From: Candidatus Bathyarchaeota archaeon
GTDB lineage: Archaea; Thermoproteota; Bathyarchaeia; 40CM-2-53-6
Length of the DNA: 64,000 bases
Direction of reading: 5' to 3'
NCBI GenBank assembly: GCA_963833125.1
Contig: CAWHWX010000004.1
Coordinates: 160,001-224,000 of the forward strand
This document shows, piece by piece, positions 17,392 through 28,587 of the stretch. Numbering within the stretch: the stretch's first letter is position 1; the number at the start of each line of letters is the position of its first letter. Under the pieces are notes generated by a model, which was not told the origin of the DNA, made no database searches, and saw only the letters and a list, made by a program, of their open reading frames with translations. The translations under genes and the position numbers were made by a program.

Positions 17392-18723
17392 TTACCGCAG
17401 CATAGCGTAGACAAGGTACAGATGATAGACGCCATAAGCGCCTAGAACTATAGCCTGCAGGTAGACGCTGAATTGGGCCATAAGATAGTATATCAGGTAA
17501 GTGTTTAGCGCCACAATTATCGCCCCGGTTAACACGGCGAGGAACGTGGTTATGCGTTTGTTAACTAACTGCCCCATGAGGTCCTTCTTAGCGGTGAATG
17601 TTAGCAAAGGTATCATGGGTAACGCGATCATCAGGCTGAGGAGTACTTGGCTGTAGACCAGCAGGAGCAGCGGATCGAGACCTAGAAGCACCGCTATCGT
17701 CGTTGGGAAAACGTTGATAACTCTCGTAATAACCCTCCTGACGGTCTTGTTTACCTTTGTTCCCAGTAACCCATCCATGATCGCTTGGCCGGCTAATGTT
17801 CCGGTCGTCGAGGAGGCAAGGCCGGAGCACAGCAACGTCACTGCGAACACAATGGCGGCAAGCGGTCCGTAGATTGGTATCATTATGCGATATGCTTCAT
17901 CTACTGCAGACACGTTGCTGAACTTCGGATAGAACGTCACGGCACTCACGATGAGGATGGCCGCATTGACCATCCCCGCGATCGTGAAAGCAACGATGCT
18001 TTCGCTGGTATGGAGCTTCAACAATCGTTTTTCTTTTCTTGACCGCTCCGGTGCTACCAGTTTGTCTCTCGTCAGCGTGGAATGTACGTACAGTGCATGT
18101 GGCATGACGGTCGCGCCGATGATGCCAACTATCAAGGTGATACTGCTGAGGCCAAAGGTTGGCGAGACAAAGGACTGACCATGCTGGGGTATGTTTAGGC
18201 CGGTAACGAATAACTTCGTAGAGAAAACCGAAACTGATGATCGATACGAACAACATGAAGAAGTACTCAAGTGCCCTGAAACGCCGCCATGTCAGGGCTA
18301 GCAGAATGAGGATGTCGGCGGCTCCGAATAGCGACGCGTAAAGAAGGGGCACGCCGAAAAGTATGTTCAACGCGATAACCGTCCCTAAGTACTCCGCCAG
18401 GTCAGTGGCCGCGGCTGCGGCTTCGGCGCCAATCCAGTTCAGATAAATGTCAAACTTGGATTTAAGAGACTCTCGGACGAGCCCCGCCAAATCCTTGCCC
18501 GTTGCTATCCCTAGCTTTCCTGACAGATACTGAAGGAGCATCGCCATGAAATTCGCCATCCAGACAACCCAAAGCAAACCGTAGTTGAACGCCGCGCCCG
18601 CCTGAATGTCCGTCCCGTAATTCCCGGATCCATGTATGCCATGACTCGGCGGATCAAAGTCACGGGACACCGCCGAAGAGTGAAAAGTGCACGATACCTG
18701 CTAAGGAATCGCCGGAGCTGCAA
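17392..18723 (-). CDS. mntH: Nramp-family Mn2+/Fe2+ transporter, frameshifted in this sequence
   Basis: AYMDPG/GNYGTDIQAG, GATVMPHALY and TGTLAGQ spread over three frames. Confidence 0.9.
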
Positions 18724-18725
18724 AT

Positions 18726-18739
18726 TTAGATGAACCTAA
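18726..18739. promoter_or_regulatory. Candidate DtxR/MntR box
   Basis: TTAGATGAACCTAA, an imperfect TTAG-N6-CTAA palindrome just upstream of the mntH start. Confidence 0.6.
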
Positions 18740-18944
18740 CTAGTCTAGTAGCTGCTATTTTACAGTAGCCAAGTCAAGCTTTAAGTCTTTTAGTTCTTTA
18801 CGGGCATTGGAAACAAATGAAGCGGAGGCCAATGCGCCGGAGAAACTATCCGGCGATCAAAGCCGATCCGGGTTTCGATTTGAAGTATACCTCGACGCCT
18901 CAAAAATGATACTGCGTAAATGAGACACGGGCCGATTGAGTTCA

Positions 18945-20648
18945 CTAGTTCGCTGAACCCTGCTTGAAGGTTTCGGGGAGGGCGGCTTTGACCCAGTCTG
19001 GTATGAACCGCCACGTATTCCTAATCAGTTCCGTGCAGCTTCCATCCACCACATAGAACCTAGCGACATCATCCTCTGCTCTGACTGCGCGGCCGTAGGC
19101 TTGAATAACTTCCAACATCGCCTGATTCAGATACCACTGACGATGCCCTAACTCCAACCGCCTCTTAACCCTCCTATCGCCGATATCCCCGAAAGGAACC
19201 TTAAGCAAAATCTGGGCTTCACATACGTCGTAAGCCCAATCCTGCCCTTCATTGAAGGCTACTGAGACGAAGACTTTGCCCCGAGACCTCATCCATTCCT
19301 GCAACTTCTCCTCCCGGTCCTCGCCGGTGTGTACGATGAGCCTGTGTTTGATTTTGGGGGATAGGTGAGCGACGAGAGCACGTTGATGCCGATATGAGTG
19401 CGAATGGATTGCTACGTTTCCCTTCTCTTTGTTGAGAATTTTCTCGACTGCGGCTACGGCTAAGGGCATGTTCGTGTCCCATTGTTGCATGGTTAGCGGG
19501 CCGACGGTTGCGTCAATTATCGGGCGGTTTTCTGGCGGGAAAGTACTTGGAGCTTCGAGAATCTCGATTTCATCCTCCTTGAGGAGATCGGTTAGGCCGT
19601 TGAGTTTCACGTATTCTTCCGGATCGAGAATGGTAGCAGATGAGATCAGGTAATTCTCCCCTCTCTTCCAAACCAGGTTCTTCATGAACTCTCTCGCGAA
19701 GACTGGTTGGAGGATGAGTTGGTCGTTCCGAACCTCCCAGACCCATTCGGATTTAGAGAACATGAACAGGTTGTAGTTCTCGAGGAACCTCTCCATAAGT
19801 TGCTTATTCTCAGCTTCGATCAGCGAGATCGCGGTCTGCTCGCTTTTGCTATCCAGCCGTCCCAGCATTAGTTTCAGGTAGCCAGCGACTTCTGCGAGGA
19901 AAACTTCCAGCTCGATCCTGCTACCGACATTCTTCAAATTGGGAAGAAGTTTGTGGTAGATTTCGTATGGGACGGAGAAGGGGCTGAATTTCAGGGAGAT
20001 ATGATTGAGGCATTGCTCTTCAAGATTATGTGCCTCATCTAGGACGAGCAGGGGGCGTGTTCCAAGGTAGGTTTCGCTTCCCTCTGTCGTGCCCTCAAAA
20101 ATCAGGTATGCTAAGCTCATGAGGACACTTGACGATTGTGCGGCTAGGTGTTTCTGCATCCAGTAGGGGCACACGTCCAAACGCTCGTTGCATGGATACC
20201 CCTCCGTCACACACTTACCAACATGCACTCCCCGTCGCGGGCTGTAGTAGCATTGGTAGTTTTGGCGACCCTTAATCTCAACAAACCTACCCCTCAAGTT
20301 GGGATCCGCGAGCAACTGATCAATAAGGGCGAGCTGCGGGGTGACGTAGAACGATTTGGTGACCGAAGTAAAGGCGGCGTTGACGAGAGATTTTCCGAAA
20401 CCTGTAGGCGCTATTACGATAACACATTTCTTCCCAGACCGATAGGCTTGTACAGTTTTGGCGACAATCTCCTTCTGGTATTTTCTCATAGTGGGGCTTG
20501 GAAAGTAAGCTAGGACATCCTCAATCGTGAGGCTTGCAATTGGAAGATTAAGCGGTTGAAATTCCTTGACCTGAAGGGGTTTGCAATGAGAACAGGCCCC
20601 CTGCTTAGGAGAGATGTAAGAGCCGCATTCGGTGCAGAAGTCAACCAC
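18945..20648 (-). CDS. XPD/DinG/Rad3-family Fe-S helicase with N-terminal zinc ribbon
   Basis: Q motif RKYQ, APTGFGKS, four Fe-S Cys, DEAHNL, QAYGRAVR. Confidence 0.9.
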   Translation of the reverse strand: MVDFCTECGSYISPKQGACSHCKPLQVKEFQPLNLPIASLTIEDVLAYFPSPTMRKYQKEIVAKTVQAYRSGKKCVIVIAPTGFGKSLVNAAFTSVTKSFYVTPQLALIDQLLADPNLRGRFVEIKGRQNYQCYYSPRRGVHVGKCVTEGYPCNERLDVCPYWMQKHLAAQSSSVLMSLAYLIFEGTTEGSETYLGTRPLLVLDEAHNLEEQCLNHISLKFSPFSVPYEIYHKLLPNLKNVGSRIELEVFLAEVAGYLKLMLGRLDSKSEQTAISLIEAENKQLMERFLENYNLFMFSKSEWVWEVRNDQLILQPVFAREFMKNLVWKRGENYLISSATILDPEEYVKLNGLTDLLKEDEIEILEAPSTFPPENRPIIDATVGPLTMQQWDTNMPLAVAAVEKILNKEKGNVAIHSHSYRHQRALVAHLSPKIKHRLIVHTGEDREEKLQEWMRSRGKVFVSVAFNEGQDWAYDVCEAQILLKVPFGDIGDRRVKRRLELGHRQWYLNQAMLEVIQAYGRAVRAEDDVARFYVVDGSCTELIRNTWRFIPDWVKAALPETFKQGSAN

Positions 20649-20894
20649 TCAAATCACCCAACGCCGGAAACTGCATCTTACCTTGTTCTCCCTGTTGCGA
20701 GAGACGGTTCAATAATAGCTTTGAAGGCTCCCAACGAACCGAAGGATTCAAGTAGGGCGCTTTGGGCGGATGAGATTTTGAGACGTATTTCCCGTCGCTT
20801 TTATTACGAATGACGTCCTACTGCCTGCAAGCGGAGCTGAAACATCATTCCATCGATAGGCAACGTTCCAACGGCTCGGGGTCGGGATCGGGAT

Positions 20895-21242
20895 TTGATT
20901 TACTTGCTTCAACTTGCGAGAAAGCATAACCTGAGCCTTACCGGGTTTCACGATTCCTTACTGGTTGCTGGCCGTCGGGGTAAGGCACATTGCAAGGGAT
21001 TGCAGATCGAAATACGCAGCCGCGGAGAAGCTTCGTCGACCTACATGTTCTCCGTCAAAAGCGGCCCATTAGCGCAGGCGACCATCCAAAACCATTCCAT
21101 AAGGAAATTGAAGAAACTCCCACCGGAGTACTCTACTCTCTGGGAACTAGACAGTTATGGACGGGATGGCAAGCGGGGGGTCGAATTAGCGCATTCCAAG
21201 GGGATGTTTGGGCTTGGTCGAATGGGTAACCCTCTACTGTGA
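20895..21242 (+). CDS. Hypothetical protein
   Basis: 115-aa ORF; no family confidently recognised. Confidence 0.45.
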   Translation: MIYLLQLARKHNLSLTGFHDSLLVAGRRGKAHCKGLQIEIRSRGEASSTYMFSVKSGPLAQATIQNHSIRKLKKLPPEYSTLWELDSYGRDGKRGVELAHSKGMFGLGRMGNPLL

Positions 21243-21641
21243 AAAGTGCCAAGCCGAAACCAAACATGACCTGGCTTGGGAACGGAAGAAACCATCAATC
21301 GGCAAACCCTACCGCGAAGCCACCTGCACCCGCTGCGGGAGGCATCGAAAATACTTCAAACGATGGTGAGCTTCTGGTGTGGGCATTGGGACCTAGGAAA
21401 TCACTCGTGCGGTTTATCTTCCACCCACTTACTACTCTTACTTCGTGATCCAAAACAACTAAAAGTCAAATCGGGGTTGGGGATGACGCCCAACGTGGAC
21501 CTAAACGTGAAATCCCCACAACGATAAGTTCTTCAAATATAACGCCGTAATTTTCTTTTGCCAATGCTCTTGATTGGGCACAACGCAAGTTGAGTAGAAG
21601 CAAATAGTTGGGTGAAGTAACCCCCAAGGGATGATGAGGAA

Positions 21642-21962
21642 ATGAATTGGATATGCGCATCATGCGGTATGGCAGCTAAATCCAATCGGCAGAAATGCTC
21701 TAGATGTGGTGGTGCGATCTGGAGACCTGCGCCCAGAAAGGATTTGATTGAACTCGGCGGCCCGATCAAACGCCTAGCGCCGAAAGGCCTACTCTTAGCC
21801 GGCGCGGGAAAGCAAGCTCCAATTCAAGACCCCAGTGGCATCGAATGTGGAAGCTGCCATGCGGTAATCTATAGGACCGATAAAGGGTTCGATGCAAAAG
21901 CCTTCCAAGAAGCAAAGAGAAACCACTATGCGACTTCTCCGGCTTGTGAAAATCACAAGTGA
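21642..21962 (+). CDS. Zinc-finger hypothetical protein
   Basis: WICASCG...CSRCG and CGSC...H...C motifs; GAGG RBS. Confidence 0.6.
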   Translation: MNWICASCGMAAKSNRQKCSRCGGAIWRPAPRKDLIELGGPIKRLAPKGLLLAGAGKQAPIQDPSGIECGSCHAVIYRTDKGFDAKAFQEAKRNHYATSPACENHK

Positions 21963-22026
21963 TGGAAGCCCTTGACGTTCGGTTTATTGCCTATCGTACC
22001 CTAGTTCGTAATTGGAGTAGGCAAGT

Positions 22027-23118
22027 TTGGGTGTACCTGAGAAGATTAAGGCCATAGAGGAGGAGATGAGCCACACTCAGATCCACAAGCACACCGAACA
22101 CCACATAGGTTTGCTGAAGGCCAAGCTTGCTAAGCTCAAAGCCGAACAGGAACATGCGCAATCCTCCAAACAGAGCGGCGCAGGGTTCGAGCTGAAGAAA
22201 GGCGGTGATTGCACCGTCGTACTGATCGGCCTACCAAGTGTAGGAAAGTCAACGATCCTCAATCACCTTACGAACGCCAAATCCCGGGTGGCCGCATACG
22301 CATTCACAACCCTAACCGTCGTCCCAGGCTTACTCGAGTACCAAGGAGCAAAGATACAGATTCTGGACCTCCCAGGAATCATCTCAGGGGCCGCAACTGG
22401 CTCAGGAAGAGGAAAGCGGGTGTTATCGGTTGCGAAGAACGCCGACCTAATCCTTCTCGTCCTAGACGTGTTCCAACCAGACCAGGTCAACACCCTGGTC
22501 AAGGAGCTCTATGAGATCGGAATTAGGCTCAACACTCGGCCGCCCAATGTTACTATAAACCGAGCTACTCAGGGCGGGTTGGGCATAACCGCCGCCTGCA
22601 AACTAACCCACCTAACCGAAGCGACCGTTCGAGCAATAATGAACATTAACAAAATCAACCACGGTGGCATCATCATCCGGGAGGATATCACCGACGACCA
22701 ACTAATCGACCTGATACTTGGAAACCGCAAGTACGTTCCCTCAATCACCGTACTCAACAAAATCGACCTCGTCAGCCCCAAATACGTAGCCGAGGCGAAA
22801 GGACGAATCGGTCAAGACATAGTTCCGATCTCTGCCGATCACGATGTGAACCTTGATGAATTGAAGCAGGCAATCTTTGACCGCCTCAAGCTGATCAAAG
22901 TTTACTTGAAACCACGCAATGGCTCACCCGACTTCGAAGAACCCCTCATCATCACAGCGGGATCAACTATCCACGACGTGTGCGAAAAAATCCATAGAAA
23001 AGTCGCGGGTGAAGCCAAATACGCTTTGGTTTCAGGGGCGAGTGTAAGGTTCAGTCCCCAGCGGGTAGGAATGGATCACGTAGTCCAAGACCGCGATATC
23101 GTAACTATCGTCAAATAG
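22027..23118 (+). CDS. drg: DRG/Rbg-family (Obg) ribosome-interacting GTPase with TGS domain
   Basis: HIGLLKAKLAKL, GLPSVGKST, AYAFTT, DLPG, NKID, TGS domain. Confidence 0.95.
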   Translation: MGVPEKIKAIEEEMSHTQIHKHTEHHIGLLKAKLAKLKAEQEHAQSSKQSGAGFELKKGGDCTVVLIGLPSVGKSTILNHLTNAKSRVAAYAFTTLTVVPGLLEYQGAKIQILDLPGIISGAATGSGRGKRVLSVAKNADLILLVLDVFQPDQVNTLVKELYEIGIRLNTRPPNVTINRATQGGLGITAACKLTHLTEATVRAIMNINKINHGGIIIREDITDDQLIDLILGNRKYVPSITVLNKIDLVSPKYVAEAKGRIGQDIVPISADHDVNLDELKQAIFDRLKLIKVYLKPRNGSPDFEEPLIITAGSTIHDVCEKIHRKVAGEAKYALVSGASVRFSPQRVGMDHVVQDRDIVTIVK

Positions 23119-23175
23119 CCAGAATTGAACCGTATGTGAGATTTCGGGCGCTTCCCTACCGTCTCACGTACCCCC

Positions 23176-23472
23176 TCATTGAGAAGCATTTTCAGGCATT
23201 TCTAGCCGAGCCGTACTTTCTATGAGGTTTCGTTTCTGTTCATGAGTGAAGGTTTTGATTTGCCTTTCGCGTTTCATCGCCGCACTTCGGGTCTTGAGAC
23301 TTTGGAGGTAGGCGATTCCATTGGGTTTGTGCATCCTTGTATAGCGGGCCCCCCGTCCCTTCGAATGTTCAATGAATCTGTTCGCTGGATTATTCGAGTA
23401 GCCTGTGTAGTAGCTGCCATCGGCGCAGAGAAGAATGTAAACGTAGTATGAACCTCGCTTTCCCTTGTTCAT
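23176..23472 (-). CDS. Small GIY-YIG nuclease (UPF0213/YazA-like)
   Basis: YVYILLCADGSYYTGY...H..G.GARYT...A.KRERQIK. Confidence 0.92.
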   Translation of the reverse strand: MNKGKRGSYYVYILLCADGSYYTGYSNNPANRFIEHSKGRGARYTRMHKPNGIAYLQSLKTRSAAMKRERQIKTFTHEQKRNLIESTARLEMPENASQ

Positions 23473-23635
23473 TCCGACGATGCAAATCCTGTTGACTGAG
23501 TTTATTTGGTTAGCATCTGTCAGCGTGGAATTGGATAATAGAATTGTATACCCGTGAGCACATATTGTATGCCGATCGCAGCTAGGAACATTACCATTAA
23601 CTTGACAATAACAATGGATCTTGTCGGGAAGTTAG

Positions 23636-24703
23636 TTACGGAAGTATTACGAAATATGGGGCATTAACCTGGCTCGAAACTTCCACGACAACCCACATCC
23701 CTTCCTCGACGTGTGGGACTGGATAGTTGAACGCGCACACGACCCAATACTTACCCGGCGCCAATCCACTCACCATTACCGACCCCGACTCGCCGTTCAG
23801 CAGAAAGCCCCCGTTAATGGCATCATGCGGGATTTGGGCGAGAATATTTGCTGAGGGCTCGACTATTGTGGGCGAAGGAGCATTAGCCCTCATTAGCACC
23901 GCACTGTGCGGAAAACCTTCCTTGTTGACAAAGACCAAGCGTATCGTCGAATTTGCGGGAACATAAATCACCAAGTGGCCAAACCGGGTATCATTGAAAT
24001 TGTAGGGTAACATGGGATCAACCACGGCCACTAGAGTCACGAATACTGTTTTGTTCGCTATGTCGTAAGGTAACGGAGACTCCTTCAGCGGAGGCGGCAC
24101 GATCAGAATAGCGTTTGAAGAAGCAGGCAAGGACGCGGACAAAAGCCCAGTTGAGTTCAGGAATATGTACGTGGGCCCCATCCCCATAACAACTACCACG
24201 ATAAGAGCCATTGCGATGATGGTTCGGCGGGTCGGCCACCAATCCAAATGAAACCATCCACTCTTGGCAGGAAGCACTCCCACTAGGGCGGCGGTAGCGT
24301 GGAGGGTGAAGAGGGCGGGAACCGCAAACGGAATCGGGTTTCCGTTCACCCCCAGGAAAAGATACTGAAATGCCTGCCACATGGTAATGGTAGGGTAATC
24401 GGGTGGGAGTTGAAGCATAAACAAGACATCACCCAGTATTGCAAGGATGACGACCAGAGACCAGATAGCCGCTGCACGAACCATGAATTTCTCCCACTCC
24501 CCAAGGGCTGCAGTCAAGAGCACTTGCATTCCCAGTATCGCATCAACCACACAGAAAGTTACTACAACTATCCAATGATAGTTAGGCGTGATTCTGAGCA
24601 AGTCATCATAGGTCAGCATCAAGATCCCGACAAGCGTAGCAAGTAGGAATGAGCAACCAATTACTACGCTCCTAAACGACGACACCACTCCGACCACCAC
24701 CAA
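23636..24703 (-). CDS. Polytopic membrane protein with C-terminal sulfocyanin-like cupredoxin domain
   Basis: About 5 TM helices; PYNFN, FVNKEGFPHS, PGKYWVVC...H....GMW type-1 Cu ligands. Confidence 0.75.
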   Translation of the reverse strand: MVVVGVVSSFRSVVIGCSFLLATLVGILMLTYDDLLRITPNYHWIVVVTFCVVDAILGMQVLLTAALGEWEKFMVRAAAIWSLVVILAILGDVLFMLQLPPDYPTITMWQAFQYLFLGVNGNPIPFAVPALFTLHATAALVGVLPAKSGWFHLDWWPTRRTIIAMALIVVVVMGMGPTYIFLNSTGLLSASLPASSNAILIVPPPLKESPLPYDIANKTVFVTLVAVVDPMLPYNFNDTRFGHLVIYVPANSTIRLVFVNKEGFPHSAVLMRANAPSPTIVEPSANILAQIPHDAINGGFLLNGESGSVMVSGLAPGKYWVVCAFNYPVPHVEEGMWVVVEVSSQVNAPYFVILP

Positions 24704-24772
24704 CCATTACGTGTCGTGTCACATGAACACAAACCCAATTAACGTTAGGCTCATTGCAGCAAATGTCCCGCT

Positions 24773-25291
24773 ATGCCATTGAACAAGTTCCCTCGTCGCG
24801 TAACAATACAGTACAGGCGCCTACCGGGCAGAATCAGACGCTTTCAGGGACTATTGCGAGACGAAAGCCCAAGTCGGCTGGTAATTGAACAGCGGTTACG
24901 AGTGAGAAACCCGAGACGCGAATTCGGCAGGGTAGTGGTTGCCAAAGGCTACATCGCCGAATGGTTCATTTTCAGAGAAAGATGGTACGATATCGGAAAA
25001 TTCTACGATAGAAGACGCAGGTTCACTGGTTACTACTGCGACATAATCAGGCCAGTTTCGAGGCTCCTTACCGACGCCACCAATACTTCGATAATCACTG
25101 ACCTCTTCCTGGATCTGTGGATTACTCCAGAAGGGAAGTGTTTGGTGCTTGACGAAGATGAGTTGCAACGAGCCCTTTCGAAACATATCATATCAATTAC
25201 GTTAGCAAAACGCACTCGAAAGGAGCTGCAAAGTACTAATCCAATTGACAAAATCAGGCAGATTCCCTCCGGCATCGGTGAGAAAGATTGA
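24773..25291 (+). CDS. DUF402 (FomD-like) protein
   Basis: GYYCDII...TDLFLDLWITPEG...LDEDEL. Confidence 0.85.
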   Translation: MPLNKFPRRVTIQYRRLPGRIRRFQGLLRDESPSRLVIEQRLRVRNPRREFGRVVVAKGYIAEWFIFRERWYDIGKFYDRRRRFTGYYCDIIRPVSRLLTDATNTSIITDLFLDLWITPEGKCLVLDEDELQRALSKHIISITLAKRTRKELQSTNPIDKIRQIPSGIGEKD

Positions 25292-25366
25292 GCCAACCCC
25301 CGAGATACCTGCGACATCAGCAAAGTGAAATCATCGAAGCTGCAACGAGGTTATTCGGAAACCTTT

Positions 25367-25985
25367 TCAGAATATGAAAGGTACAAGCTTCCATCGGGTT
25401 CTCCTTGCGTAAGTTCTGTAAGCTCGGTCTTGTTGCAGTAACTGCTCTTCGGCTCGTAGCCGTAGGAGGAGAAATAGAACCGACACTGCAAGTATGAAGA
25501 AGTTAAAGAGCGAGAAATTGTCGAGAACAACTCCAGTTTCGGCTAGGATGTAGCCCAGGTACATAGGATGACGAACTAGCCGATACGCCCCAGCCGTTTT
25601 GATACCTCGGTTCTCGGGAGCCAGTCCGAAACTACGATTCAGCGACAAGAAAGCGACTACAACCAGGACCAACCCAGCGAATTCCAAGAGGGGCCGACAA
25701 ACATTTGTCCGCCATTTGGTGTCGATTGGAACAGTAATGGCGAGCCCAGTCCAAGCAGAGTATAGACGTAGTCAATCGGTTTTTGCGTAAAGGATGACGC
25801 TCTGTTTCTTGCTGCCAGAAGAATCAGAGCGATGAGCAGGTAGGCTATGAAGAACGCTTGCCGAATTACGAACAGCGGCGACTCTGCGTACAAGAGTGGA
25901 AGCGTAGGTAGGTTAGGATGAGGTAGGAAGCGATTAGAACGAATACTAAGTCCGTAATGAGAGGCAGGAGAGGTTTCGGCCGCAC
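25367..25985 (-). CDS. ICMT/PEMT-family membrane methyltransferase, frameshifted
   Basis: GAYRLVRHPMYLG...EE..L...Y..Y; N-terminal part in ORF 25657-25893 and upstream. Confidence 0.8.
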
Positions 25986-26023
25986 CTCACTTACTCTCGC
26001 TTTTCGAGAGCGCTTGACTCCTC

Positions 26024-26897
26024 TCACGTAAGTTTCTTCCATTGCTTGAGAATCTCAAGCATGTTCGTGCAGCCGCGTTCTTCAAGGAACTTCCACGCAG
26101 AAGGGTCGGTGGCTATTTCCTTTTGCAGGCTTCGGGCAATTTCGGCTTGGTATGTTGAGAGGATTATTGTGTCGGCGTAGTTTGAGGCAACCGCTAGCGC
26201 CGAGATCAAATTCTTGGTTGGGGCTCTGGGGTGGCCGGCGTAGAGCTCGATGTGGTAAGGCTTGGAGAGTTTTCTACGAAAGCAGTTCGCGAGTATATCC
26301 AACCAGTACACAATCGAGTAGTCCATGTAGAGTGGGGTCGAGATGAAGTCAACGTATTTCGAAAGCTCAGCCAAGTCTAGGCCGAACCTTTCCCTCCCGT
26401 AGCAAGGGTCAGGTTCTATGGTCAAACCTAGCCCACACGTCGATGTTCTCTCTCACTTCTCGAACAAAGGAACCAATCTGTTCGGCGCGCCAATCAACCA
26501 TGTCTCCTCCACTCTTCCGATGTCCTTCCGTGCAGTATTGGCAGTCACAGTATCCTTCCCTCGGAAAGCATACGCTGTCTAATCTGATCCCAGCAATCTC
26601 TTTAGCTGCAACTTCTCGGATGAACTTCAAACAATAATCCCGATACTCGGGTCTGCTTGGGCAGATCCAATCCCACAGGAAACGCTTTGGAGTTCCTCTG
26701 TGCGCCCTTTCTCCGTTGAAAGTGGCGACGAAGTTTGGTTTTTTCTCGGCCATCGTGTTATCCGCGAAACAGTTCACGACGTTCCAAGCATGTTGGAGCG
26801 GTGGCAGGCTTCTTCCACTAGATGGCTTAACCTCATAGAATACGTAATCAAAACCTGGCAGAATCTTCGGCTCGTCTAGCAGGACACCTACTTCCAA
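26024..26897 (-). CDS. Glycoside-hydrolase-like TIM-barrel protein, frameshifted near 26430
   Basis: WICPSRPEYR...GIRLDSVCFP..YCDCQYC and GLDLAELSKYVDFISTPLY, GHL10/DUF187-like motifs. Confidence 0.65.
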
Positions 26898-26970
26898 CTC
26901 AATACACTGGGGGCAGTAGGCACCGCCGTCCCTAAATTTCTCTCCCGTCCTCTTACACAAAGGCGAGAAG

Positions 26971-27522
26971 TTGGCTCGAATATACACTCGAACAGGAGAC
27001 AAGGGTGAAACAGGCCTCGTAGGTGGGGCGAGAGTGTCGAAGGACTCGTTGCGCGTGGATGCGTATGGGAGTGTGGACGAGCTTAATTCCGTTCTTGGAA
27101 TTGTAAGGGCCTTTCTGACAGATCGGGAGTTAAACGATCTACTAGCGGAACTTCAAAAGGATCTCTTCGTGGTAGGGGCAGATTTAGCTTCCACAGCCGA
27201 GCACCAGCAGCGTAATGTCCCGCGAATCACAGCAGAAAAAATCGCTGCGATGGAGAGGACAATTGACCGGCTTGAAGCCGAGTTGACTCCCTTGAAAGCT
27301 TTCATATTGCCCGGCGGTGGCGTGACAGGCTCATTGCTCCACAATGCGCGCACAGTCGCTAGACGTGCAGAGAGACGCATCGTGACTCTAAGTAAAGCTG
27401 AGAAGGTAAACGAACAAATGCTTCCCTACATTAACCGCCTCTCAGACCTTCTCTTCGTAATGGCACGTGTCGCCAACCACCGGGAGAATAAGGGAGACAT
27501 CGAATGGCATGCGAAACAATAA
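26971..27522 (+). CDS. pduO: PduO-type ATP:cob(I)alamin adenosyltransferase
   Basis: IYTRTGDKGET, YGSVDELNS, FILPGG, ARTVARRAER, YINRLSD. Confidence 0.95.
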   Translation: MARIYTRTGDKGETGLVGGARVSKDSLRVDAYGSVDELNSVLGIVRAFLTDRELNDLLAELQKDLFVVGADLASTAEHQQRNVPRITAEKIAAMERTIDRLEAELTPLKAFILPGGGVTGSLLHNARTVARRAERRIVTLSKAEKVNEQMLPYINRLSDLLFVMARVANHRENKGDIEWHAKQ

Positions 27523-27582
27523 CCTCAAGAGTTCGATTCATTGCTCCAACTTCGAGAAGAGTACCCGGGAGGATAATTCGTA

Positions 27583-28569
27583 ATGCCTGAGGAAGCGATC
27601 GTAACCAAGGCTTTGACGAAGGTCTTCGGTCATTTTCCCGCGGTCGATGGTCTAAGCATAGGGGTAGGTAAAGGAGAGTTGTTTGGTCTGCTTGGACCGA
27701 ACGGCGCTGGAAAAACTACTACCGTCCGAATGCTTTGCACCCTAATCGAACCTACACGAGGAACGGCGAATGTTGTGGGTTATGATATTCGCGAGCAGGC
27801 AGCTGAGGTTAGGCGCCAAATTGGCGTGGTTTCTGAAGGAGTCTCCCTATACAAGGATCTGACGATCCAAGAGAACTTGAAGCTGTTGAGTACGCTCTAC
27901 GAAATCCCTCGCCCCAAAGCAGAGGTTAGAATACGAGAGTTGATGGATATGTTCGCCTTCAGGGAAAAAGCGACCCGACTAGTAGGTGCCCTTTCGACTG
28001 GGTGGGCGAAGAAGGCTATGATCTGTGCCGCTTTGCTTCATAGCCCGCAGGTTCTATTTCTCGACGAAGTAACCTCCGGCCTCGACCCTCAGTCAGCTAT
28101 CGCACTTCAGGATTTCACGAAAAAACAATGCGAACAGGGTGTGACGGTGATCTGGACTACGCACTACATGGGCGAACCTGAGAAGATCTGCGACCGGGTT
28201 GGGATAATGTTCGCGGGAAGGTTAGTACAGGTTGGCACGCCGGACGAACTGAAGCATAGCGTGAGTGAACTTTCGATAGTGGAGGTGGAAACGCCTAACC
28301 TGACCAAGGCTCAACTCGACAAGGTGAAACTCAAACTCAAAGTAATGAATCACGTCTGTAGTGTGAAGTATGTGGATTCGAAACTTCAAGTCAGCTGCGA
28401 GCGAACGGAGACGCTCGCCGAAGAGGTCGCAGCTACTCTGCTTGATGTGGGCGCGAGGATTAGAACGATTAACACCAAGGACCCGACCCTTGAAGAAGCT
28501 TTCATCGCATTGACCGGCGGTGAAGAAGAAATCGACAGATTCCTCGAGAGTGCGGGACAAAAAACATAG
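27583..28569 (+). CDS. ABC exporter ATP-binding subunit (DrrA-like)
   Basis: GPNGAGKTT, LSTGW signature variant, LFLDE, TTHYM. Confidence 0.92.
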   Translation: MPEEAIVTKALTKVFGHFPAVDGLSIGVGKGELFGLLGPNGAGKTTTVRMLCTLIEPTRGTANVVGYDIREQAAEVRRQIGVVSEGVSLYKDLTIQENLKLLSTLYEIPRPKAEVRIRELMDMFAFREKATRLVGALSTGWAKKAMICAALLHSPQVLFLDEVTSGLDPQSAIALQDFTKKQCEQGVTVIWTTHYMGEPEKICDRVGIMFAGRLVQVGTPDELKHSVSELSIVEVETPNLTKAQLDKVKLKLKVMNHVCSVKYVDSKLQVSCERTETLAEEVAATLLDVGARIRTINTKDPTLEEAFIALTGGEEEIDRFLESAGQKT

Positions 28570-28587
28570 AACGCAGTCGATATTCTA

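Noticed and set aside
18945-20648. DinG-like helicase as type IV CRISPR or defence-associated
   Set aside because: No cas genes or array nearby; it has Fe-S cysteines and a housekeeping context.
23176-23472. GIY-YIG as a homing endonuclease or intron marker
   Set aside because: It is the short stand-alone UPF0213 type, and no interrupted host gene is present.
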